A stretch of DNA of 63,647 nucleotides, filler included, from Octopus bimaculoides (taxonomy: Eukaryota): assembly GCF_001194135.2 (NCBI RefSeq). It is 8 parts of 8 records of this genome, joined end to end, with 100 filler letters (N's around TTAATTAATTAA, not from the genome) between each part and the next. Parts side by side here need not be neighbours in the genome. Positions count along the whole stretch, not along the records: positions 6,723 to 20,196 come from NC_068988.1; positions 20,297 to 30,347 come from NC_068990.1; 6 more parts are not named here. One strand, written 5' to 3'. The position numbers and the translations under genes were made by a program. Within the stretch, counting starts at the first letter, position 1; each line of letters begins with the position of its first letter. Below are positions 13,754 through 25,960 of this stretch, piece after piece. The notes below the pieces were generated by a model. The model made no database searches. It had not been told where the DNA came from and saw only the letters and a list, made by a program, of their open reading frames with translations.

Positions 13754-13927
13754 ATGCTACTGCCATTTAGCCCCATGAAACACCGCTTCCAGTTGGCTAT
13801 GTGACTCAAGCGTTGTGTCCAGTTGGCTATGTGGCACAAGCGTTGTGTCCAGTTGGCTATGTGACACAAGCTTGTGTCACACAGCCAACTGGAAACGGTG
13901 TTTCCTGAGGCTACGTAGCAGTAGCAT
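13754..13927. repeat. Imperfect palindromic (MITE/foldback-like) element with internal 30-bp triplication
   Basis: Left arm atgctactgcc..gaaacaccgcttccagttggct pairs with right arm agccaactggaaacggtgtttc..gcagtagcat; centre AAGCTT (13868-13873); the unit ccagttggctatgtg.c.caagc.ttgtgt occurs three times. Confidence 0.8.
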
Positions 13928-14613
13928 AAATATATCATATTACTTGGTACGTCTCTGAAGCGGCCCGAAGATGGAATTAAAAAATTTTTGTATTATTTTC
14001 GTGGTATTTTAGTACGTCCTTTTAATGTTTTATCATCTCAAATTTTTATTACACCAAAGTATTATAACTTTCAAATGTAAATTCACTGTTTTATGTATCG
14101 CATCGATATTTATCCATTTATGTGCATTTTTATATTTATATTCTTGTATATGTTTCAGTCCAATGACAGTGGCCATGCTGGAGCACTTGGAATTTTTATA
14201 TTCGTTTTATAAATGTAGAAGAATATATGTATATATTTGATTTTCGAGTGTGGTTATTAATTACGTTCCTCTAGTTTTCGCTTGCATTGCCTCCATTGAA
14301 ATTATTAAGTGGTACACACACACATACACACACACACATATATATANNNNNNNNNNNNNNNNNNNNNNNNNNNNNNNNNNNNNNNNNNNNNNNNNNNNNN
14401 NNNNNNNNNNNNNNNNNNNNNNNNNNNNNNNNNNNNNNNNNNNNNNNNNNNNNNNNNNNNNNNNNNNNNNNNNNNNNNNNNNNNNNNNNNNNNNNNNNNN
14501 NNNNNNNNNNNNNNNNNNNNNNNNNNNNNNNNNNNNNNNNNNNNNNNNNNNNNNNNNNNNNNNNNNNNNNNNNNNNNNNNNNNNNNNNNNNNNNNNNNNN
14601 NNNNNNNNNNNNN

Positions 14614-14658
<45 letters not shown>

Positions 14659-15617
14659 GTGTATATGCATGTATATATAACAAAGCATTGAAACACCGAT
14701 TGAATTAGTATGTTAGCGGGGATGAAGCAAATCCCGTAAGGAGAATTGTTGTCAAATCATTATACATGATCGACTGAATACCCATAGAAAACTAAATGAT
14801 GTGCCGAACAAATGATTCAAATCTTGTGTCTTTGAAACTTCAAGTAAGCACTATGTGCCATTAAGCTATGTGAACATCCGCAACAGATACTATATTTATA
14901 AAAGCTAATATCTTAACATAGCAAAAATATTCTCATTCGACAATTAAAACAACACCACATTTTTGTAGCTGATATCTTTGGGCGAGATTTACACCGTAAG
15001 ATTCTTGTCATTGGTCTTTTTTCATTTAAATACAATAATTGCAGAGTTTTCTTTAAAAATGGCTTTAATATCTTGTCTCAATGTCAGTTCTGTGGGTTAC
15101 TTAACATTTGTTCCTCACTGGAACTCACACTAGGTTTTGAGAAACGTTGAATATATTCACCCACAGCCATTTATAAACGATAGATATACAGTACATATGT
15201 AAATATACTTTGACTAGTATCATTTTAATTACGAAACAAAATGTGCTTGTACGCGTGGATCGATGTATGTATGTTATTCGTATACTTATTAATTGTATTT
15301 GCTGAAAGAAACCTTATTAATTAGATGAATTATCGTTTATATCCTTAAGTAAATGTAAATCTTTTACATAGATGGAAAGTGGTAAAATAAATAAAGGCGT
15401 GATAATATTTTAATGGAAATTGCATTCATGGCTAATAGTATTTATTATACATCCACTGACGCAGTAAAGGCAGTTTTCAAAACATTGCGCAGTAGTTCAC
15501 ATGTAATCATTGAACCTAAGTTCAAATATAAATCTTCTGCCTAGTTTGTATTCAGGAGAATTTAGATATTCAAAATTTGTAATAACTTAGCAAGGTTTAT
15601 CAACGGCTGTTTCAATT

Positions 15618-16652
15618 ATGGAAACATCTGAAACAGTCACTAATATTTGGAAATCACATTCTGTTCAGATAAACATAAACCTCTCTCCCAAAACAGCAAA
15701 TGAGACCACATTCTTTGAATATCTGGAGAAAATAAGACGCTTTACAATTGTTTGTTCTATTCCTTCCAAAATGAATTTAGACATTTGGAAAAGAACTGAG
15801 CTGACAGCACGCATTTTTTACCTATGTCTCCCTGTCATCTATTTAATCTCAGCATTTGATATTTTACGGTTCATATGGTTTATTGTAGAAAGTTTCTCAT
15901 CAACGAATGATAAATATATTTTAGGTAAATGTTTTTTCTTTTTGATGAAAATACTACCAGAAATACTTGTACTAATCATTGTCTGGAAGCGAACGCACCT
16001 CAACGAAATGATCAGCGATGCTAAAACTTTTATTCCAATATGCCCAAAGAATATATTGATGAAGAGATATATTAGATTTAATTCACATTTTGTCGCAATT
16101 CATTTAGCCATTAATGTTGTTTTATCTACTATATTCCAAATTATTTTGCCAGTAGTTCTTGTTGACCCGGAATATTTTCTCGATGTGGCATTCTTTCCAC
16201 TGTCACGTCCGAAAAATTTCATTTTAATATTAAATTTCTTGACCGATGTATTCCATACGATACATATAGTACCATGTACCACATTTTCCACTATAATATC
16301 GGCAACTTGTATAGAAGAATTTAAATATTTATCACACAAGTTTAGAAACTACATGCAGGAATATGAAGACTGTGGACTCTTTCAGAAACCTATAAATCTC
16401 AATGAAAAGATAAGTGAAATAGTTAACCATCATACTAGACTACGTCAATTAACGAAACGCCTAAACTCGGTATTTCAGTTTTGGAATGGCACGACCGTAT
16501 TACTTTTCCTTATTATCTGTTGTGTCACAGCTTATCAAGTAGCAAATGGCTTAACTAATACAAAAGGTTACGTACTACAAATTGCCATTGGAATAATGAT
16601 TGCACTATCTTGTATACATGTGATAGTCAATGGACTGGTGTTTAACTCCAGT
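15618..16652 (+). CDS. GRL/7TM ion channel large coding exon, copy 3, intact; C-terminal exons not located
   Basis: Open 345-codon exon; closely paralogous to copy 1 (ARIFYLCL, DPEYFLDV..FP, IEEFKYLS, IVNHHTRLRQL, KGYVLQI); phase-0 donor AGT|GTAAGT at 16653. Confidence 0.8.
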
Positions 16653-17220
16653 GTAAGTACCTTTTTTCTTCTGTATATTTAATGAGAATTTGCTTCATGT
16701 TTTTCTTTTGTAGATTCTTAATGAAATATAAAATTGAGAGATGGTAAACAAAGAAATATCATTTGTACAAAATATTCAAGTAAACATATTTGTCGCTAGA
16801 ATCCCTACATCTACAAAAATTAAACACGTTTTTTACATACCATGATTAGTAGAATGCAACGATACTTGATCTACGTCAGAATATCCAGAGTTTAAGTGAT
16901 GAAGTGTTTGATAATTGTATAATATTTTAAGGCTATGAACATTGTAACAACAATGCAATCGGTAAATACAATAGTTTATATGATAATGTTTTTTATACAG
17001 AGTTCACCTTTTTGATCTAGATGTAACTTTGTTCATGCGTCTGATGTAATTATCGGTTAAATTCCATAAATTATTAAGAGAAACAGTGCATTTTATTAGT
17101 ACATACCAATTTTTAACCCGATTAAGGGAACAAGAAATAAGGTGATTAATTTACACAGAATTTGATAAGGGTCTAAAGTTCGGTCATATAATTTTTGTCG
17201 CATTATTTTTCCTGCGATGA

Positions 17221-17445
17221 AAGGCGGTGAGCTGGAAGAACCGTTAGCGCGCCGGGTAAAATGTTTAGCAGTATTTCGTTTGCCTTTGGGTTCTGAGTTC
17301 AGATTCCGCCGACGTCGACTTTGCCTTTCATCCTTTCGGAGTCGATAGATTAAGTACCAGTTGCGTACTGGGGTCGATCTAATCGACTGGCCTCCTCCCC
17401 GAAAATTTCGGGCCTTTTGTCTACAGTAGAAAATATTATTTCTTG
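17221..17445 (+). mobile_element. tRNA-derived SINE (family A)
   Basis: aaggcggtgagctggaagaaccgttagc..ttctgagttcagattcc (B-box-like)..aagtaccagttgcgtactggggtcgat; same family as 50331 and 56399. Confidence 0.8.
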
Positions 17446-19811
17446 CGATAAAGCAGACCTTCAATCCAACATTTATTTTGTGATTCATTTTTGAAACCTT
17501 CATTATTGAAGCTTCACACTGGGCCGATATTTTTTTTTTATTTAACTAAGTTTCTTAGGCACCACTGTAAGAAAGCATAATAGGTTTAGTATATGATAAT
17601 TAATATCTTTTCTGCTGTAGGCAACTGGTACTTAATTTATCGACCCCAAAAGGATGAAAGGCAAAGTCGACCTCAGCGGAATTTGAACTCAGAACGGAAA
17701 TATATGATGATTAATATTATCATAGCAAAAAAACATGGTACTTGCAGTGTGGTTTCTCGTTTGCTTCAATGAAGTTGAGAGATATTAGTGTCACACAAGC
17801 GGGGCAGGACAACAGATAAAGGCAGGGTTAATATGAACCACGTCTTTATAGCGGTGAAAATGAATTTGTTTATAAACAAAGCCTCTACAGAGAAAACAGC
17901 AAAGTTACAGACGCAGACGATGACAATTCAAAACAAAAACTAAAAACCCAGACAACGCTGGAGGTAACCTCTGGTCCGGGTGGAGGGAAGGGTTTTGATA
18001 AGTAATTATCATCATACCACTGAAGCTTAATTAAATGAAGTTATTTAGAAAAAGGTTTTTAATTTTAGCCGATGTTACTAGTTCTTGGATGGTAAGTGTT
18101 ATTGTCGAATACATATACAGTTTTGAATATATATATATATATATATATCTTCCATGAGGCACATAAAATATACGGTAACACATTTTCAGCTGATAGAGTC
18201 ATGATCACTATTCAGCTTGGTTGAACAATCAATCGGGATGTACAGTAAGGTTTGTACTATTCATATTTTCAAATGCTGAATGAAAGACATGGATCGTGAG
18301 ACCTGCATTTGGTTGATTTTCTTGAGCCACCATATCATCCTTGCAATGCCTTTCCGTCACAAGTTCATCCACTCACAGAGGAGTGGATTCAAGCAACGTG
18401 AAATGAAGGATTTTGCTCAACAACACAACGTACAGCCCGTTTATGAATCGAAACCGTGATCTTGCGATAGTGAGTGCAGCACCTAACCGTTTCGATGTTA
18501 CAGAAGGAGTCCTATAACGTTTAAAACACAAGCCCGGACTCACTCACACATATAAACACATGCATACATTCAGCCACAAGCACAAACACACTCATATATA
18601 ATAACACACACACACATACTTTTTTTTATATTAGAGCATTATGGAATACTTCAGAGAGAGCATAATCCATTTTTGCATTCATTACAATTTGAGAAATAGA
18701 AAATGACGTGGTGTGTTGTGTGGTTTTGAACAAGTGCCATGAATTTGAAATTACTTGCCCTATCGTTGATAATATGCACCCACACAGAAGTCATGAAATT
18801 GCATGTTGTTTAAGAAATACCAAGCTGAATCGAAGAGAGATGCCGGTCAACAAAGATCATGCAAATGTAGAATCCGGGACAACCGCCCACTAGACTGTAC
18901 CTAGCTCGCAAAATCGACAGTGCCTAGCACCAGCTTTGAGTCAAACAGCAGTGTTGAATATAAAACACATATATGAGCAACAGAATTCATGTTCACGTTC
19001 AAAAACAGTTATTACAAGCATAAATATTCTTTTGTCATCTCTGATAAAAACGAGCTACGGCTTTGTTGAATTTTATATGATTAATGCGTGTGACAAGTCT
19101 CACGAATTCAAAATTAACTGACATAGGAACGGGGTCTCCAAGCCAAAGATGCCGTTTGTTCTTTAAGCGAAAATTTTCACCCAAGGCAGTAACAGTTTGA
19201 ACAAAGGAATTGAAATGCTAGCACCTTGTATACACGCGGTTATGTATTTCTCATGTCAATAAATCCCCCCTTGAATTGCGTCGTTGCTATGAAAAAAAAC
19301 GTTGGTTCCGAAATATTTAATATGGTTTACTGATATTTGTTTTAAATGCATGGGGGTGCGTCTATGTGAGTGTATGTGTGTATATATGCATATGCGTATA
19401 TGTAACCATGCATGTAAAATTATCTGTATAATGTCTTGTGTAAGTATGAGTGTACTTATGTGAGTATGTATGTTTTGTAATTGATGTGCTTAATATCCGC
19501 TTAATTGACTCTATACCCGCTCAGCTTGATCCCTCTTATAGCATTTCTTTACTTTGTGGAATGATCCCCTATAAAGTTTGAATCTTATGAACACTATTCA
19601 GTGCCCATTATTTATATTATTTACATTTGACGTATATTTGTCCTCATCTTCTTTGTTGTTAACACAACGTTTCGGCTGATATACCTTCTAGCATCCATCA
19701 GGTGTCTTGAGGAAATTTCGAAACCTGGAATCTCATTCCTAAGGTTTTTTTCGATGTTATTATTATTACTATTATTATTATTATTATTGGCATGTAATTC
19801 CAGGCAATGAA

Positions 19812-19859
<48 letters not shown>

Positions 19860-19866
<7 letters not shown>

Positions 19867-20196
19867 CAAAAAACGACAAAGAGCTAGAAACACTACTACA
19901 GACAGTACACAGCTTTACCAAGGAAATAGAAATGAAATTCGGATTAGAAAAATGTGCCAAAGCAACCCTGAAAAGAGGAAAATTAGTTAAAAGTAGCAAT
20001 ATAACACTAAATAAAGCCAATGAAATAAGAGAACTAGACAAAAGCCAACCATATAAGTATTTAGGAGTCAATGAACTAGATAGGATACAACATACACAAA
20101 TGAAAGAAAAAATAAAGAAAGAGTACTATAGACGAGTTAGATCAATACTAAAAACAGAGCTCAATGCTAAAAACAAGATAATGGGTATCAACACTT
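19860..20196 (+). mobile_element. R4/Dong-like non-LTR retrotransposon RT fragment
   Basis: MKFGLEKCAKATLKRGK..YKYLGV..KEYYRRVRSILKTELNAKNKIMGINT is typical of the post-YADD region of R4-clade RTs; truncated by a gap. Confidence 0.8.
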
Positions 20197-20296
20197 NNNN
20201 NNNNNNNNNNNNNNNNNNNNNNNNNNNNNNNNNNNNNNNNTTAATTAATTAANNNNNNNNNNNNNNNNNNNNNNNNNNNNNNNNNNNNNNNNNNNN

Positions 20297-20345
<49 letters not shown>

Positions 20346-20979
20346 TCATATGTCCTTAAACACATAGATAGACACGCCGCTGGCATGGATATATATACAG
20401 TTAGCCTAGTTCATGATTCTGCGCTAAACTAAAGGGCATTGCTCTTTCACACCTTAACGTGATGAATGTATAGCTCTCGATGTCACAACCTGTCACCATC
20501 CGTGCAATATCAAGGATATCATCGTAGCAGGCTTCCATACGATGAAGTGATAAATTCATGTTAACAAACATGAAAGGTGAACGTTGCTCACACCTAAGCA
20601 TCCGTGCAGAGAAGACTATGATAATAATGTTGAAAGGCGAAACCGTCAGCAGTGACGTCATGCTGTAAGGCGAGGTAACCAGTATTGACGGCTTAGTTTA
20701 TAAATTTACCTGCTCATATGGAAATTTGCTTAAATATGATGTATATGTCACGCAGTCACGCAAATATATACACATGCGTACATACACGCAGACATACAAA
20801 CACACACACACACACACATACACACACACACACACACGTTTTCATCAGATTTAGATTCGGAGATGTGATGTTACTCGTATGCATAAATTTTATGTCAACA
20901 GGGTGTGACTATGTAAGTATACGTGAATGTGTGTGCGTGCGTGTGTAAAGATATATATACATATATATATAATATTAAT

Positions 20980-21019
<40 letters not shown>

Positions 21020-21609
21020 NNNNNNNNNNNNNNNNNNNNNNNNNNNNNNNNNNNNNNNNNNNNNNNNNNNNNNNNNNNNNNNNNNNNNNNNNNNNNNNNN
21101 NNNNNNNNNNNNNNNNNNNNNNNNNNNNNNNNNNNNNNNNNNNNNNNNNNNNNNNNNNNNNNNNNNNNNNNNNNNNNNNNNNNNNNNNNNNNNNNNNNNN
21201 NNNNNNNNNNNNNNNNNNNNNNNNNNNNNNNNNNNNNNNNNNNNNNNNNNNNNNNNNNNNNNNNNNNNNNNNNNNNNNNNNNNNNNNNNNNNNNNNNNNN
21301 NNNNNNNNNNNNNNNNNNNNNNNNNNNNNNNNNNNNNNNNNNNNNNNNNNNNNNNNNNNNNNNNNNNNNNNNNNNNNNNNNNNNNNNNNNNNNNNNNNAT
21401 ATAATTAAATGACATATGCTCATACAAACAGAACATATTATCATGTATATGTGTGTATGTGTGTGTGTGTATGTGTGTGTATGTGTGTGTGAGGTGTGTG
21501 TGTGTAAATATATACACATATATATAACGAGACAGTTAGATAAATAGATAGATTGATAGATAAAGATACATGCATACATACATTACATATATATGTATTT
21601 GTATGAATG

Positions 21610-21648
<39 letters not shown>

Positions 21649-21754
21649 GTATGTACGTATGTTTATATATATATTTATTCATATATACGGATATACATAT
21701 ATATATGTATATACACACATATATATACACACACATATACATATATATATATAT

Positions 21755-21791
<37 letters not shown>

Positions 21792-23683
21792 ATATATAGA
21801 CATAAAGTAACTTATACATGTGTGTGTTTATGTGTAAATGTATGTGAGTGTGTATGAATAAAATCTGTGTATGGATGAATGGGTTGATGAAGAACTGACA
21901 ATGCCACTGAATGCAACACAGACATTCATCAAATGTTGCCTGTCTGCCTGTCTGCTTGTTTGTCTGTCTGTCAGTCTGTCTGTCAGTCTGGCTGCCTGTC
22001 TGCCCTTTCAGACATGACAACAACAACAAAAAAATAGTATTACAGGAGAAAGGGAGAGAAGAAAGAAAAAGTATTTCGAAACCCTGCCAGAAACTACAAG
22101 GAACTAAGTTGGACGCCATTGTGCGTATGTATGTGTGCGTGCGCGATAGCGTGTGTGTGTGAATGTGTGTGTCTGTGTACGCGCGCGCGATGGGCAGATA
22201 TGTGTGCGTTAATGTTGTATGTTTATGTGCGTGAGCATGCGTCAGTTATTGTTCGTTATATTTCCGTTTTTGAAAAAAAAATGTGAACAACATTACATAC
22301 TCAAAATATTTTCTGCTGAGGTGAGTTTTTTTAATGGAAAAAAAATACTTCGTTTCGTGGTGTTTTTTTTTTTTTTGTATTTCTTTTAATTTTTCCTCTT
22401 TCTTCTCTCGTTTTATGTTCCTATGTTTAATGTCAATATCAATGCGTTTGCTTATATATGTGTGTGTGTTTGTGTCTACGTGTGTACGTGTAAGTATGTG
22501 TGTGTATGTATTTATATGTACACAAGTATATATATACATACANNNNNNNNNNNNNNNNNNNNNNNNNNNNNNNNNNNNNNNNNNNNNNNNNNNNNNNNNN
22601 NNNNNNNNNNNNNNNNNNNNNNNNNNNNNNNNNNNNNNNNNNNNNNNNNNNNNNNNNNNNNNNNNNNNNNNNNNNNNNNNNNNNNNNNNNNNNNNNNNNN
22701 NNNNNNNNNNNNNNNNNNNNNNNNNNNNNNNNNNNNNNNNNNNNNNNNNNNNNNNNNNNNNNNNNNNNNNNNNNNNNNNNNNNNNNNNNNNNNNNNNNNN
22801 NNNNNNNNNNNNNNNNNNNNNNNNNNNNNNNNNNNNNNNNNNNNNNNNNNNNNNNNNNNNNNNNNNNNNNNNNNNNNNNNNNNNNNNNNNNNNNNNNNNN
22901 NNNNNNNNNNNNNNNNNNNNNNNNNNNNNNNNNNNNNNNNNNNNNNNNNNNNNNNNNNNNNNNNNNNNNNNNNATATATATATATATATATAAGCGCAAG
23001 AGTATTTGTGTGATAAGTAGCTTGCTTACCAACCACATGGTTCTGGATTCAGTCTCACTGCGTGGCACCTTGTGCAAGTGTCTTCTAGTACAGCCTCGTG
23101 AGTGAATTTGCTAGACGGAAGCTGAAAGAAACCCTTCGTTTACGTGTGTGTGGGGAGGGGGGTGTTTCGCCTCCCCAACATCGATGCAGCGTGTTTACGT
23201 CCTTGTAACTTAGCGGTTTCGGCAAAAGGTACCAGTAGAATAAGTACTAGATTTTCAAAGAATAAGTGGGATTTATGGAGGGTTAAAGTTGGGAACAGAA
23301 ACAAGACATTGGAGACATACAAGGAAACCGAACGAAAACAAATATGGAAGGTCGTTAGACCAGAACGAGGGTAAAATAGCGAACGCTGGAGAAATATTTT
23401 CTTTGTCAAGGGAAAAGATAGAAGATAGAGATAGGTAGGATACGTCCAGTCTCTAGGACAGCCCTGAAAGAAAAGAAAGAGGATGACGTGAGGAAAAGAA
23501 AGATAGACGATGGTCACGTGTGAGCAACGAGAGAGACTAAAGGAGAAAGAAGCGGAAAGAGATAGAGAGTGAGAGAGAGGCAGATAGAAAACGGTGAAGG
23601 GGAGAAAAGGAATTAGAGAAAGGATGAGAGAGAAAACGATAGGGGGAGAGAGCAGTATAGGGTAGAGTCGCATATATGTATAT

Positions 23684-23782
<99 letters not shown>

Positions 23783-24089
23783 TAAATATATATATATACA
23801 TATATATATAATGTATTTAGCACAGCATTATTCAATCTAGCAGCTATTTTTTAAGAACACAAATTGTGATTCAGAGGTGATTTAATTGCTATTTCTTACA
23901 AGTGCGGCTTTTGTTAATGATACTGTTAGTAGTAATGATACCGTTAATGATACCGTTAGTTCAATGTGATGTTAATGTTGCTGATGTTGTTGTTGTTTAT
24001 ATTATTGAAATTTAGCCCTTGGTCAGCCCTGTTCAAGCAGATCTATGAATTAAGGGCGTTCCAGATATAACCGTCTCGTTTGCTACAAC

Positions 24090-25960
24090 TTGGAAAATGA
24101 TGTGTTTACAAAATGGAGACCTGTTTACAAGCAGGGTAAATATATTTACAAAAAGAGACGATGTGTTTACAAAATGCTGTTCTGTTTGCAAAGAGAGAAA
24201 TATATTTACAAAGAAAAAGTGATGTGTTAATAAAAATTTTGATGTATTTACAACCATGTCGTTATTTTTAGAAATAGTATTTACGAAAATGTCTGTACAA
24301 AATTTGTTTCTGGAAATATCTAAATGATTGATTAAATGTCGATGATTTTATAGAAATGTCATCGTGATTGTTAAAATGTCGCAGAAGTTGATGGATTTAT
24401 AAAATTCGACGTTTATAAAATATTGGTATACTTATAAAATGCTAATACGATATGTTTACAAAATGTTCACAAAAATGTTGATTCACATACAGAATATTAA
24501 TGTGTTTATATAATTGCCAAATTGTTTCCAAAAATGCCCGTGTGTTTACAAAATGTATACGGTTACACAAATTGGTATATTGACGAAAATGTCGATGAAT
24601 TTACAAAACTATTGATGTATTTTCGAAGTTGTTTATGTACTTGCGGAAATGTTGATTTCTGTATAAAATATTCCATTCATGTGTTTACGAAAATATCTAC
24701 GTGTTTACAACAGTATTGATGTTTCCAAAATAATATGTGTTTAGAAAACATTGATGTATTTACAAAACTAGCACTGTTTACAAATTGTTGATGTGATTCC
24801 TATATCTGCTTGTTTGCAGAAATGCTGAAAGATGTATAAATTCATATATTTATAAAATTTTGCTATATTTATAAAATATGATTATAGAATTCTGAGCGAT
24901 TATTAAATGTTTGTTTTTGTTTACATAAATGTTTATTTATTTATAAAATTCGATGTTTTTTTAATTTTTGGCGTGTATATAAATATTATTTCTTTATAAA
25001 AATGTTTACAAAAATGTTGACTATCAAAATGCTGATCTATTTATAAAATGCTTGGGGTCTTTAGTTACATGACCGCTTGTTTACAAAATGTTGCTATGAT
25101 TAAATAATATATTGACGCGTTTATAAATATATCAATGTGTTTACAAAAATATTGATATACTTTACAAAATTGACACGTGATTACAAAGAATTGGCGTGTC
25201 TACAAAACTTATTATGTTTACAAAATGGTTACATATTTAGGAAAACATCTATGAGATTACAAAAGAGCGATGACTTTACAAACATGTTTATAAAACTACT
25301 GATTTTTTTACAAGTATGTCGGTATATGCAAAATATTAAAGTGTTTTCAAATATATGTAAATATAGATGTAAAAAGAAGAAATGTTTATTATCTATAAAA
25401 TGTTGCATTAAAAAATGCCCATATTTCACAAAACATTTTATACTTTTTAATTTGTTTTAATGTTCATGTCTAAAGCCATGCTGAAATACCTCGTACAAAT
25501 TCATTGACAGTGTTGGTTTTCGACGACGTTGATAAGTTCACCAAAAAAGTGATACTCTTACAAAATACCGATATGCATTCAAAAATGCTAATGTAACTAG
25601 CGAGACATTGATCATCATCCGGTCGGACGACTTGCCCAGATCAATGAAACAATAGTGATTGAGAAGTGGTTCACATGCCTCGAAGCACTGGAAACCCTCG
25701 AAACAGGGCTCCTCTACCGGATACATTTAACGTTACGGGGATTTGAAACCGGCGAGATTAAATTTCTGTTAACTACAGCTAAATGCTGACATATTTAGGA
25801 AAACGTTGGCGAGTTTACAATAATATCGAAGTGTTTGTAAAATATTTACGTGATTATAAAATGTAAGTCTATATTTAAAATATGTTATATTCAAAAAAAT
25901 ATGGATATTTTCATAAAATTTTGACGCGTTTACAAAATTATATGTTTACAATATGTTCAT
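24090..25960 (+). repeat. Cryptic degenerate satellite rich in (g)tgtttacaaaat
   Basis: Recurring variants of gatgtgtttacaaaat at roughly 20-nt spacing over ~1.9 kb, interrupted by a more GC-rich segment near 25500-25760. Confidence 0.65.

Noticed and set aside
13790-13880. CRISPR-like appearance of 30-bp repeats
   Set aside because: The units are directly adjacent with no unique spacers, the context is eukaryotic, and there are no cas genes.
9898-16652. Interpretation of the three receptors as cephalopod chemotactile receptors (CRs) or GPCRs
   Set aside because: No Cys-loop or extracellular beta-sandwich with four TM helices, and no rhodopsin DRY/NPxxY motifs; topology and intron position fit GRLs.
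16932-17015. AMNIVTTMQSVNTIVYMIMFFIQSSPF* as the TM7 exon of copy 3
   Set aside because: The Y-to-Q spacing is one residue too long for TY.....QF, the acceptor is weak, and the intervening exon candidates contain stops.
18069-18097. Micro-exon candidate ending ATG|GTAAGT
   Set aside because: No resemblance to GRL C-terminal sequence, and it gives a stop when joined to the next acceptor.
20401-20661. 86-aa minus-strand ORF that looks protein-like
   Set aside because: No recognisable family and no convincing splice frame; within chance expectation.
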